Assembly (NCBI GenBank): GCA_965207455.1
Contig: CBDBMJ010000001.1
Span: forward strand, 992,001 to 1,056,000
Direction: 5' to 3'
Source of the DNA: Bdellovibrionota bacterium
GTDB lineage: Bacteria > Bdellovibrionota > UBA1018 > CAIPTA01 > JAALKR01
DNA length: 64,000 bases
Below are positions 11,315-20,879 of the stretch, one piece after another. The notes beneath the pieces are model-generated. The model worked only from the letters and a program-made list of their open reading frames with translations, did no database searches and was not told the DNA's origin. Made by a program: the position numbers and the translations under genes. Position 1 is the stretch's first letter. Every line of letters starts with the position of its first letter.

Positions 11315-13090
11315 ATGAAGAAAAAAAATCTATTCAGCGGTGTTTTAGTTTTAATCCTAACCCTACTAATCCTACCCAACTGCACAAAAAAACCAGTAGA
11401 GACAGGTAAAGTACTCAACCTCGTAGTAACAGCGAAGCTCAAAGGCTTGGATCCAGCTTTTGCCTCAGACCTATACTCCTCCACAGAAGTGAATCGAGTA
11501 TACGAATCCTTATTCCAATACCATTATTTGAAAAGACCCTACGTTCTCGTTCCTCTACTTGCTCAGTCCATGCCAAAAATTTCAAAAGATAAACTTACCT
11601 ATACAATCAACGTCCGCAAGAACGTATTTTTTCATAACGACCCTGCATTTCCACAGGGAAAGGGACGGGAACTGGTAGCAAAAGATTTTATCTATAGTCT
11701 TATGCGCATCGCCGACCCCAATCTTCACTCCACAGGCTGGTGGATTTTAGAAAATCGAATACAGGGCCTAGATAAGTGGAGAGAAGAAATGAAAGCAGCA
11801 CAAACTACAGATTACTCTAAGGGGGTATCTGGTCTCCGGCTTTTGGGAAAATATACTCTAAAAATTAAACTTAAAGATCCCTACCCACAACTATTAAATA
11901 TTTTAGCCATGCCTTATACCTCAGCAGTACCCGAAGAAGTTGTGAATAAATACGGACCTGAGTTTATTAACCATGCCATTGGCACTGGTCCATTTATCCT
12001 AAAGTTTTTCAAACCTTCCGAACAAGTAATTTATGAAAAAAATCCCATCTATTGGGGACATTACCCAAAGGATGGAGGAAAAGAAGACAGAGCCAATGGA
12101 TTACTCGCCGACGCAGGGAAATCCCTTCCTCTCGTAGACAAAGTAAAAGTTCGTGTGATTGTGGAGAGCCAACCGCGATGGATGCACTTTTTAAATTCAG
12201 AACTGGACATAGTGGCTGTTCCTAAAGATAACTTTAGTGATGCCATTACTCCCAACCTCACGCTCACGAAGAAATTTAAAGAGAAAAATATTCGTCTCTC
12301 CATCCTACCGTCATTGGATATAGCCTATACATCCTTTAACTTGGAGTCTGAGGAAATTCCCCAGTTTCGAAACAAGCGGGTACGTCGAGCAATCTCCATT
12401 GCTCTTTCCTCAGAGTCGGAACGTTTTATTAAGATTTTCTATAACGGTTTTGCCATAAAAGCCCAAACACCCATCCCCCCTGGAATTACCGGCTACCGGT
12501 CCGACTACCTCAACCCATATAAAAGAGGAGGTCTACAACGTGCTAAAAAAATGCTTGCCGATGCGGGATATCCCAACGGTAAGGGCATACCTGTGATTCC
12601 TTTTGATATTGTGAGTAGCACTAACTCCCGTCAAATAGCGGAATTTCAAATAAGAATCCTAGAAAAACTGGGACTGAAATTTAAACTTATAGCCAGTACA
12701 TGGCCCGAATTCCAAAAACGAATCCAACGAAGACAAACTCATTTCTGGAGTGTAGCTTGGGCAGCCGATTACCCCGATGCGGAAAATTTCCTGCAACTCT
12801 TCTATGGAAAAAATGCTCAACCCGGCGGAATGAACGGTTCCTACTATAAGAATAAAAATTTCGACCGTATCTTTACAAAAGCCCGGAAAATGCAAGACTC
12901 CTCTCGACGAACACGACTCTATGAAAAACTATCCCGAATAATTTCCAGTGACGTGCCCGTTATACTCAACGTACACAGGAAAAATGTGGTCCTAATACAA
13001 CCATATTTAAAAAATTACAAGCACAGTGAGTTTCCCGTGAATGTGGCAAAGTACCTAGATGTGGAAAAAGATATGAAGAGAGGTCTTTAA
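11315..13090 (+). CDS. oppA: Peptide ABC transporter substrate-binding lipoprotein (family 5)
   Basis: Lipobox-like LPNC; LDPA, YESL, GTGPF, WAADYPD. Confidence 0.88.
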   Translation: MKKKNLFSGVLVLILTLLILPNCTKKPVETGKVLNLVVTAKLKGLDPAFASDLYSSTEVNRVYESLFQYHYLKRPYVLVPLLAQSMPKISKDKLTYTINVRKNVFFHNDPAFPQGKGRELVAKDFIYSLMRIADPNLHSTGWWILENRIQGLDKWREEMKAAQTTDYSKGVSGLRLLGKYTLKIKLKDPYPQLLNILAMPYTSAVPEEVVNKYGPEFINHAIGTGPFILKFFKPSEQVIYEKNPIYWGHYPKDGGKEDRANGLLADAGKSLPLVDKVKVRVIVESQPRWMHFLNSELDIVAVPKDNFSDAITPNLTLTKKFKEKNIRLSILPSLDIAYTSFNLESEEIPQFRNKRVRRAISIALSSESERFIKIFYNGFAIKAQTPIPPGITGYRSDYLNPYKRGGLQRAKKMLADAGYPNGKGIPVIPFDIVSSTNSRQIAEFQIRILEKLGLKFKLIASTWPEFQKRIQRRQTHFWSVAWAADYPDAENFLQLFYGKNAQPGGMNGSYYKNKNFDRIFTKARKMQDSSRRTRLYEKLSRIISSDVPVILNVHRKNVVLIQPYLKNYKHSEFPVNVAKYLDVEKDMKRGL

Positions 13091-13105
13091 AACTAAGAGG
13101 AAAAA

Positions 13106-14041
13106 ATGTTTGCATATATAGTACGAAGATCCATGTACACAATACCTATCCTTTTAGGTATTGCCCTTGTCACGTTTCTTCTCTTCAACGTAGCCGCCGG
13201 TGACCCTGCTTTAATGATATTGGGCAAACACGCAGATGCACAATCTATCCAAGAAATGCGCATACAGTTGGGTCTGGACCGGCCTCTCATCGTTCAATTC
13301 TGGGATACGGTTGTACAAATGTTTACCTTCGACTTTGGTCGCTCCTACTATACCAAACAAGTGATTTCACAAATGCTCTCCTCTGCTGCTGTTGTCTCCC
13401 TAACCCTCACCGTTCCCGCATTTATCCTATTGATTCTAATTGCCCTAGTTATCTCCCTTTTCGTAGCCTTCTGGCGAGGTACTAAAATTGATAAAACCCT
13501 AGTGGTCTTCTGTGTAATGGGAATCTCCATTCCCTCGTTAAGCTATATTCTCTTTGGTCAAAATATCCTTGCCTACCAATTCCAACTTTTTCCTATTTCT
13601 GGGTATTCACGATACTTTCCCGAAATGTATATCTACCTAGCCCTCCCCATCCTTATATGGATAACTGGAAGTATAGGATCGGAAGTCCGATTTTATAGAA
13701 CGGTCCTACTGGACGTGAGCAACCAGGACTATGTGCGAACTGCACGAGCAAAAGGCCTAAGCGAGACACTGGTGATGGCCAAACATGTATTGAAAAATGC
13801 AATGATCCCCATCATCACACGAACCGTAATTATCATACCCAACTTAATACTGGGCTCCCTATTGTTAGAGAATTTTTTTAGTATTCCCGGTATGGGCAGC
13901 ATGCTCATTGATGCCATCAATACGGGCGACTTCCCCGTGGCACGTGCCATTGTAATGGTGATCTCCGTTTTATACGTTGCCTTTAACCTACTGACCGATA
14001 TTTGCTACACCATTGTCGACCCAAGGATATCTCTCCGATGA
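13106..14041 (+). CDS. oppB: Peptide ABC transporter permease
   Basis: LGLDRP; DYVRTARAKGL EAA loop; DPRI end. Confidence 0.9.
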   Translation: MFAYIVRRSMYTIPILLGIALVTFLLFNVAAGDPALMILGKHADAQSIQEMRIQLGLDRPLIVQFWDTVVQMFTFDFGRSYYTKQVISQMLSSAAVVSLTLTVPAFILLILIALVISLFVAFWRGTKIDKTLVVFCVMGISIPSLSYILFGQNILAYQFQLFPISGYSRYFPEMYIYLALPILIWITGSIGSEVRFYRTVLLDVSNQDYVRTARAKGLSETLVMAKHVLKNAMIPIITRTVIIIPNLILGSLLLENFFSIPGMGSMLIDAINTGDFPVARAIVMVISVLYVAFNLLTDICYTIVDPRISLR

Positions 14042-14928
14042 GCGCCCTAGCCCAAAACAAAAAAGCCACAAACGCACAGGGAGTATCCCTATGGCAAGAC
14101 GCCTGGAAACGACTAAAAAGGGACCGACTGGCCATCGCTAGCCTCCTTACTATCATCTTTTACTGCTTCATTGCCATCTTCACACAAATTGACTTTCTCA
14201 TGACCGACTGGAAAATAGAAGTAGCCGAAAGCTATGCAAGACCCAGCCTTTCCTCCTGGACACTATGGTTTGGAGCCGACATATTTGGACGCAGCGTATT
14301 ATTAAAAACTATTATGGGTGCCTATGTATCCATGTCTGTGGCTATCTACTCCAGCCTTATTGCCATCCCCTTGGGTGTAATGTTTGGAGCAACTGCCGGG
14401 TATTTCGGTGGATGGATAGATGAGATCATCACTTGGTTCTATACAACCCTATCGAATATTCCCTATATACTCCTGCTCATCTCCCTAACCTATATTATGG
14501 ATAAGGGAATTACCTCCATGTCCTTAGCCTTGGGGGTTACAAGCTGGGTTACAACATGTCGTCTGATCCGGGGAGAATTTATCAAACACAAGGAAAGAGA
14601 ATATGTACAAGCAGCTAAAAGCCTAGGTGCAAGCTCAAAGCGGCAGATTTTTATCCATATTCTCCCAAATGTTAGCCATATTATCATTATCCAAGTGTCT
14701 TTTCTGTGCATTTCGGCTATCTTAGCAGAGGTGGTTTTGAGTTATCTGGGTCTAGGTGTCCAGGGGCTGCCCAGTTGGGGAACAATGATTGATGAAGCAA
14801 AATTAGAGTTAGCTCGTGGCGTATGGTGGCAACTGGTGGCAGCCACAGGTTTTATCTTTTTAATTGCCCTGGCATTGAATATACTAGGAGATGCATTGAG
14901 AGACTGTTTGGATCCGAAACTCCGTTGA
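14038..14928 (+). CDS. oppC: Peptide ABC transporter permease
   Basis: FGADIFGR; EYVQAAKSLGAS; GDALRDCLDPK; ATGA overlap with oppB. Confidence 0.9.
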   Translation: MSALAQNKKATNAQGVSLWQDAWKRLKRDRLAIASLLTIIFYCFIAIFTQIDFLMTDWKIEVAESYARPSLSSWTLWFGADIFGRSVLLKTIMGAYVSMSVAIYSSLIAIPLGVMFGATAGYFGGWIDEIITWFYTTLSNIPYILLLISLTYIMDKGITSMSLALGVTSWVTTCRLIRGEFIKHKEREYVQAAKSLGASSKRQIFIHILPNVSHIIIIQVSFLCISAILAEVVLSYLGLGVQGLPSWGTMIDEAKLELARGVWWQLVAATGFIFLIALALNILGDALRDCLDPKLR

Positions 14929-14944
14929 TAAAAGTTGATACAAT

Positions 14945-15943
14945 ATGAATGTTTTAGAAGTAAAAAATTTAAAAACCAGCTTTTGCCTAGAAGATAAGCA
15001 ATGGGTAACTGCCGTCAATGATATCTCTTTTTCTGTGCCTAAAGGAAAAACAATTGGCATAGTGGGAGAAAGTGGCTGTGGTAAATCCGTTACTGCCCTT
15101 TCTATTATGCGCTTAATTGCAGATCCACCCGGGAAAATCACCGGAGGAGAGATATTTTTTCAAGGAACAAACCTCCTAAACCTTTCCAACCAAGAAATGC
15201 GCAAAATTCGAGGAAATAAAATTTCCATGATATTCCAAGAACCCATGACATCCCTCAATCCCGTCTTCACCATTGGCAACCAAATTATGGAAAGTATTAT
15301 CCTTCACCAAAAGGTTTCTCGAAGTGAAGCCAAGAAAAAAGCCATTGATATGCTACATCTTGTGGGCATTTCTTCTGCCGATACGCGTGTGGAAGAATAC
15401 CCCCACCAACTCTCAGGAGGAATGCGCCAGCGGGTGATGATTGCAATGGCACTGTCGTGTAACCCCACCCTATTAATCGCCGATGAACCCACCACCGCTC
15501 TGGATGTTACTATCCAAGCCCAAATTTTAGATCTTATTGCTGGTTTACAAAAAAAATTAGGCATGGCTGTTTTACTTATCACCCATGACTTGGGGGTTGT
15601 GGCCGAGGTATGTGATTATGTGGTAGTAATGTACGCAGGAAAAGTTGTGGAGCATGGAAATGTGGACGACATTTTTCTCAACACCGCTCACCCGTACACA
15701 AAGGGTTTGTTAAATTCCCTGCCATCCATTACTGGAATAAAACAAAAAAAACGATTACAAACAATCCCTGGGATTGTGCCAGACCTATTGTCTCTGCCCC
15801 CTGGCTGCTCTTTTAACGACCGCTGCACTCGTCGAAAAGAACATTGTTCTAAGGATACTCCTAGTTTACGTCCCATACTCTCCTCTACCCATCAAGCCTC
15901 CTGCTTTAATCCTTACAAAAAAAATGAGGCAATAGATCCATGA
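14945..15943 (+). CDS. oppD: Peptide ABC transporter ATPase
   Basis: [23 protein letters not shown]-terminal Cys cluster. Confidence 0.92.
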   Translation: MNVLEVKNLKTSFCLEDKQWVTAVNDISFSVPKGKTIGIVGESGCGKSVTALSIMRLIADPPGKITGGEIFFQGTNLLNLSNQEMRKIRGNKISMIFQEPMTSLNPVFTIGNQIMESIILHQKVSRSEAKKKAIDMLHLVGISSADTRVEEYPHQLSGGMRQRVMIAMALSCNPTLLIADEPTTALDVTIQAQILDLIAGLQKKLGMAVLLITHDLGVVAEVCDYVVVMYAGKVVEHGNVDDIFLNTAHPYTKGLLNSLPSITGIKQKKRLQTIPGIVPDLLSLPPGCSFNDRCTRRKEHCSKDTPSLRPILSSTHQASCFNPYKKNEAIDP

Positions 15944-16932
15944 CACCAGCAAATCCCAACGAAAATTTACTGGTAGTAAGAAATTTATCAAAATTTTTTC
16001 CCATTCATGCTGGCATTCTCCGTCGAGAGGTAGCGTCCGTAACTGCTGTTTCAGACGTGAGCTTTTCCATCAAACGAGGAGAAACATTGGGGCTGGTGGG
16101 AGAAAGTGGTTGTGGAAAGTCCACACTGGGTCGCTGTATTTTACGCCTCCTAGACCCCTCTGCTGGAGAAGTCTGGTTCAATGGACAGAATATTTTAAAC
16201 TATAACGCTAAAGAAATGCGACGAATCCGTCAAAAGATGCAAATTATTTTTCAAGACCCGTTTGCCTCCCTAAACCCTAGAATGATGGTGAGCTCAGTCC
16301 TAGAAGAACCCATTCGTATTCATAAGCTTATGAAACACTCGGCTGATGTGAATAAACGCTCCTTAAAACTATTGGACCTTTGTGGCCTACATTCCAGCGC
16401 CATGAACCGCTATCCCCATGAGTTCAGCGGCGGTCAACGCCAGCGAATTTGCATCGCCCGTTCCTTAGCTGTGGAACCAGAATTTATTATTTGCGACGAA
16501 CCCGTATCTGCCCTAGACGTTTCCATCCAAGCCCAAATTGTAAACCTATTGCAGGATTTACAGGAAGAATTGAACTTAACCTATCTATTTATTGCCCACG
16601 ATCTACAAGTAATAGAACATATCTCTAACCGCGTTGCCGTAATGTATTTAGGAAAAATAGTGGAAATTGCCGAAGCAGATACACTCTATGCACAACCCAA
16701 ACACCCCTATACGGAAGCATTATTTTCAGCTATTCCCGTTCCCGATCCTCATTATAAAAAGAAACGAATTATTTTAGAGGGCGATGTGCCCAGCCCCATC
16801 TCTCTTCCCAGTGGCTGCTCCTTTCATCCACGCTGCCATCATGTAATGAGCAATTGCTCTAAAGATCGACCATTACTAAAGGAAGTGGCAAAAGATCACC
16901 ACACAGCTTGCTGGCTACACCCCGGCAGTTAG
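15940..16932 (+). CDS. oppF: Peptide ABC transporter ATPase
   Basis: [26 protein letters not shown]. Confidence 0.92.
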   Translation: MTPANPNENLLVVRNLSKFFPIHAGILRREVASVTAVSDVSFSIKRGETLGLVGESGCGKSTLGRCILRLLDPSAGEVWFNGQNILNYNAKEMRRIRQKMQIIFQDPFASLNPRMMVSSVLEEPIRIHKLMKHSADVNKRSLKLLDLCGLHSSAMNRYPHEFSGGQRQRICIARSLAVEPEFIICDEPVSALDVSIQAQIVNLLQDLQEELNLTYLFIAHDLQVIEHISNRVAVMYLGKIVEIAEADTLYAQPKHPYTEALFSAIPVPDPHYKKKRIILEGDVPSPISLPSGCSFHPRCHHVMSNCSKDRPLLKEVAKDHHTACWLHPGS

Positions 16933-17025
16933 AGAAACAAATTTTGTACATTAGAATAAAAATTTATGGATACAATAGAAAGGAATCAGAAAGAAAAAGA
17001 ATAAAATCATAAAAAATAATAAAAT

Positions 17026-17439
17026 GCGATCGTGGTGGAATTGGTAGACACGCCAGATTTAGAATACAACCTGGACCTTTATGGAGAAACCCATAAAGTG
17101 GACACTCCTAATTCGGGGAAACCTTACTGGACCTTTTTTTATGGCCCACTGGCAATCCCGAGCTAGCAAAGAGCAAAAAATGTATGGCTTCTCAAAGCCT
17201 CCATTATAACTCTTGGGCAAGTGTAGAGACTGTACAGAGTGCACCTAAAACTTTTCTTTTTTTTTATTCCATAAAAGAAAAGAAACGGTGAAGAGACAGT
17301 CCAGACTACAAACACATTTCTCTTCTCCCTCCTATTTTCATAAATAGCGAAAGATCAGAAACGTGGCAGTGAAAACTGTAGTTAGAGAGAGGATCTGGTG
17401 CCGCAAGGTGTGAGAGTTCGAGTCTCTCCGATCGCACCA
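17026..17439 (+). tRNA. tRNA-Leu(UAG), intron-containing (exons 17026-17060 and 17390-17439)
   Basis: Spliced 85-nt cloverleaf: acceptor GCGATCG/CGATCGC with ACCA end, anticodon arm CCAGA-TTT|AGGA-TCTGG, long variable arm, GTTCGAG T-loop. Confidence 0.95.
17061..17389 (+). ncRNA. Group I self-splicing intron (IC3-like), no ORF
   Basis: Follows exon U and ends in G. P2 ctttatgg/ccataaag; P3 cactc/gagtg; P aattcggggaa; Q aatcccgagc; P7 gactgt/acagtc within R tagagactgta and S aagagacagtcc; P9 GAAA loop. Confidence 0.92.
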
Positions 17440-17613
17440 ACTCGCAATGCATTATCTTTCCCAAAAAAACGGACACTTTTACACAAAAATAAATGAAGAA
17501 AACAGTTTTTTCTAATTCACAGGCTTTTGCAAAAAATTAGACATGAAAGCAAGTTAATAGATACACGACTTCTTATATTCTAAATAAGAAGTTTAACCCA
17601 TCAGAGCAATTTT

Positions 17614-18900
17614 TTATGGAGTTTCTACTGGAAAAGCTGGAATTGAAATAGCTATGGTGCTGCAAAAAACGCTACCACATTTGCTAAGTGTAGAAAAGCC
17701 TAGCTGGTTATAAGTGTTACTTCCCCAGCATTTTATATTTCCACTATTTAAAAGTACGCAGGAGTGAGCAATTCCAAAAGCAATTTGACTTACATCATTT
17801 AAATCAAAAACATCAACTGGTATTAAACTATCTGTGGTGCTATTATTACCCAATTCTCCATAATTATTATTTCCCCAGCACTTCACAGTACCTGCTTCAT
17901 TGATACCAGTGGTGTTGGTATCATCAACTAGAGCTGCGCAGGTGTAACTTCCTCCCAAAGCAATTTGACTTACACCACTTAAACCCGAAACATCCACTGA
18001 TGTTGGACTATTTGTGGTGCTATTGTTGCCCAACTGCCCAGAACTATTAGATCCCCAGCATTTCACTGTTTTATCCTCTAAAATTGCACAGGAGTGTATA
18101 CCATTCAAGTCGATTTTACTTACATTGCTTAAATCCAGAGGAGGAACGGTATCACTAGGATCAGGATCAGGAAGCTTAACAGCAACTGGTGTTAAACTTT
18201 GTGTTGTACTATTATTACCCAACTGCCCAGAACTATTATATCCCCAGCATTTCACTGTTTTATCATTTAAAACTGCGCAACTGTGATACCTTCCTAAGGA
18301 AATTTGACTTATACCACTTAAACTTGAAATATCAATTGGTACTGGACTCTGTGTTGTACTATTATTACCCAGTTGCCCATAACCATTATATCCCCAGCAC
18401 TTTACAGCTCCAGTACTTAAACGTGCGCAGCCGTGAGAATCTCCTAAAGAAATTTGACTTACATCGCTTAAACCAGAAACATCAACCGGTGTTGAACTCT
18501 GTTCTGTAGTATTATTACCCAATTGCCCATAAACATTATCTCCCCAGCATTTCACTGTTTTATCATTTAAAACTGCACAGGAGTGCTGGTACCCTAAGGA
18601 AATTTGACTTACACCACTTAAACCCGAAACATCAACTGGTGTTAAACTATTATTATCGCTTTCACCATTACCCAACTGACCCTTCCCATTATTTCCCCAG
18701 CATTTCACACTGCCATCATTTAAAACTGCGCAGGTGTGATAATACCCTAAAGCAATTTGTCTAACGTCTTTTGGATTTCCTGTTAGCACACTCTCTTCTT
18801 CAAGAATTACCTCTTCTCCACCACACCCAATCAGTGCAATCATGAAAAAAAAAGCTGTATATATATTTTTTCTAAAAAGTAATACTTTTAATAAATGCAT
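17614..18900 (-). CDS. RCC1/BLIP-II repeat beta-propeller lipoprotein
   Basis: About 7 repeats of HxCAxLxDxTVKCWGxNxxGQLG; lipobox ALIGC. Confidence 0.9.
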   Translation of the reverse strand: MHLLKVLLFRKNIYTAFFFMIALIGCGGEEVILEEESVLTGNPKDVRQIALGYYHTCAVLNDGSVKCWGNNGKGQLGNGESDNNSLTPVDVSGLSGVSQISLGYQHSCAVLNDKTVKCWGDNVYGQLGNNTTEQSSTPVDVSGLSDVSQISLGDSHGCARLSTGAVKCWGYNGYGQLGNNSTTQSPVPIDISSLSGISQISLGRYHSCAVLNDKTVKCWGYNSSGQLGNNSTTQSLTPVAVKLPDPDPSDTVPPLDLSNVSKIDLNGIHSCAILEDKTVKCWGSNSSGQLGNNSTTNSPTSVDVSGLSGVSQIALGGSYTCAALVDDTNTTGINEAGTVKCWGNNNYGELGNNSTTDSLIPVDVFDLNDVSQIAFGIAHSCVLLNSGNIKCWGSNTYNQLGFSTLSKCGSVFCSTIAISIPAFPVETP

Positions 18901-19055
18901 TTGTAAATATCCTTTGTTTATAACTACCCTTTCGGAACATAGTGGCAATCCATTAATGAAAAATGAATTAAAAAAATTAAAGGTTAAAAAAGCAGGTTTT
19001 TTAAAGAGTGATTTTAAAACATGTATTAGGCTTGAAAGTAATCTTAATGCTTTAA

Positions 19056-19298
19056 TTAAGTGCTACTACAAATGGCTAGGTAGGGCATGAGGAAAAGAGC
19101 AAACATTAAGAGTTTATAAAACCCCATTAAACCATAATGGAGTCCATGGAACTGCTCTTTCGTGAGTTCAAAAAAATGACTGTGTATTTTGTAGATGCCA
19201 TCTTTGAAGAATATGAATACTACAAACCATATCAGAAGCAAACCAAAATTCAGAAGAAACGACTTTAACAAAAAACTTTGAACTAATTCAATACTCAT
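19056..19298 (-). CDS. Small two-TM membrane protein (DUF6868-like)
   Basis: NFGLLLIWF...IHSHFF...HYGLMGFYK...PYLAI pattern. Confidence 0.65.
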   Translation of the reverse strand: MSIELVQSFLLKSFLLNFGLLLIWFVVFIFFKDGIYKIHSHFFELTKEQFHGLHYGLMGFYKLLMFALFLMPYLAICSST

Positions 19299-19373
19299 TT
19301 TTAATTCTTACTCTCAAAACATAAAAGATAAACATAGGTTAATGGTAGCATGGGCTTCAATTCCTTAACAAGC

Positions 19374-20162
19374 CTACCTGTGTATATTTCCCTCTCCATC
19401 ATCTAGTTTTCTGGTGCATTTGTTTTTAAGTTCATACCAGCCCTTACGAAGACAAACATAGCCACAAGTACCTGTATAGCGAGGGGCACAGCGACCAACG
19501 GAATCAAAAGTTTTCGTATTAGTGGGTAGAATACAATTAGATTTAACTGTTGAATGACAAAGCATATATTCCTGAGTAACAACCCATGAAGTTCCTACGG
19601 GAATCTTGCGACATTCATTTTTAAGTTCAGACCAACCCCTATCAGTACAACCATAACCGCAAACACCTCTATAGCCAGAAGCACAGCGACCAGAGGAGTA
19701 AGCAAAATCAGTAGTAAATAAGGTGCAATTAGATAGTACAGCTTTTTCACAAGAAAACTTACTAGGGGGAGGCTTACGGCAAGTATTTTTAAGTTTAGAC
19801 CACTGATCATCCTCGCAAGTATAACTGCAACTGCCTTCATAACCGATAGCGCAAAAACCAGAGAAACCATCAGATCTGGATGGCCATGTAAGGTTGCAGT
19901 TGTCTTTTTTCAAGTGAGGACAGGAAGGCGATGAATCCGATGGTGTCAGAGTAACCTCTAGACCATTCAGCAAATAAGGAGCATGTGCAGTAGCAAATAA
20001 AGAGCAACTAGATTGAGTTTTGGTCGGGCAGACTAAGGAAGGAGAGCCTGAAATTCCATTGGCTGTAGTGGACAGCATTATTAGGGGCAATGCAAGGATG
20101 AGGCATAATTCCTGTTGTTGGAAGAAAAGAAAGGGCTTTAAAAATAAGTACTTTTTTTCCAT
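19374..20162 (-). CDS. Secreted cysteine-rich repeat protein
   Basis: Signal-like N-terminus; three 6-Cys repeats ending CxYxCxxxxWxxLKNxC. Confidence 0.7.
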   Translation of the reverse strand: MEKKYLFLKPFLFFQQQELCLILALPLIMLSTTANGISGSPSLVCPTKTQSSCSLFATAHAPYLLNGLEVTLTPSDSSPSCPHLKKDNCNLTWPSRSDGFSGFCAIGYEGSCSYTCEDDQWSKLKNTCRKPPPSKFSCEKAVLSNCTLFTTDFAYSSGRCASGYRGVCGYGCTDRGWSELKNECRKIPVGTSWVVTQEYMLCHSTVKSNCILPTNTKTFDSVGRCAPRYTGTCGYVCLRKGWYELKNKCTRKLDDGEGNIHR

Positions 20163-20453
20163 AAAACTCCGTACTGATCAGTTTAAGATAAGAAGAAAAT
20201 CCTTTACTATAACCATTTTAGTTCCATAGTTTAGATTTGGCAAGAAATCCTTTTCTTGAAAAATCTCTTAAAAATCAGCTATATAGAGAATTTTGAAGCA
20301 GAAAATCTTGCTACCTGCTAGGTATATTTTCCATTTTATAGGTATTTTGAGGTCATTGGCTTGACCTCTTATGCAGATTTTTTTTCTTAGTTTCCGAGCA
20401 AAATAATGAAATAAAAAGTTGACAAAAGCTCAAAATGATACTATGCATTAGAA

Positions 20454-20879
20454 ATGAAGACGCATCGCACTATTTTGAAGAAAGGAAAACCAGATTTGAT
20501 AAGAAATACGATTATAGTAGGCTTAGTAGCTCTATACCCAAGTGCGAAAGCCAATCCCCAAATAGATCTTCATTGTAAGTACAAAAATGGAATCCCTCAA
20601 AGATTCCAAATAAATTCGGAGAAAGGTCAGTTAATTATGTATAGAAATACAAACCGAGGGGAAGAACAGAAGGTTGAAAAAAATTGTAATGTTAGTTCTG
20701 ACCCTGATTCTGATTTCTCATTTTCCGTACATTGTGAAAATCTCAACGACATAATAAAATTAGAATGGGGTGGTCAAAAGGGAAAGGGCCTCTTTGAAAA
20801 GATATATACTGAAGTTGAAGCGCCTCCGCTCATAAATCATATGGAATGTGAAAATCCAGTTGCATTAGAGGTCCATTAA
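20454..20879 (+). CDS. Hypothetical secreted protein
   Basis: Hydrophobic segment ending AKA; four Cys; no recognised family. Confidence 0.5.
   Translation: MKTHRTILKKGKPDLIRNTIIVGLVALYPSAKANPQIDLHCKYKNGIPQRFQINSEKGQLIMYRNTNRGEEQKVEKNCNVSSDPDSDFSFSVHCENLNDIIKLEWGGQKGKGLFEKIYTEVEAPPLINHMECENPVALEVH

Noticed and set aside
17059..17244. 61-aa ORF as an intron homing endonuclease
   Set aside because: Antisense, too short, overlaps the ribozyme core, no LAGLIDADG/HNH/GIY-YIG motif
17058..17393. Alternative splice giving tRNA-Leu(GAG)
   Set aside because: The intron would end in A rather than G, and P10 pairing favours the U|AG junction
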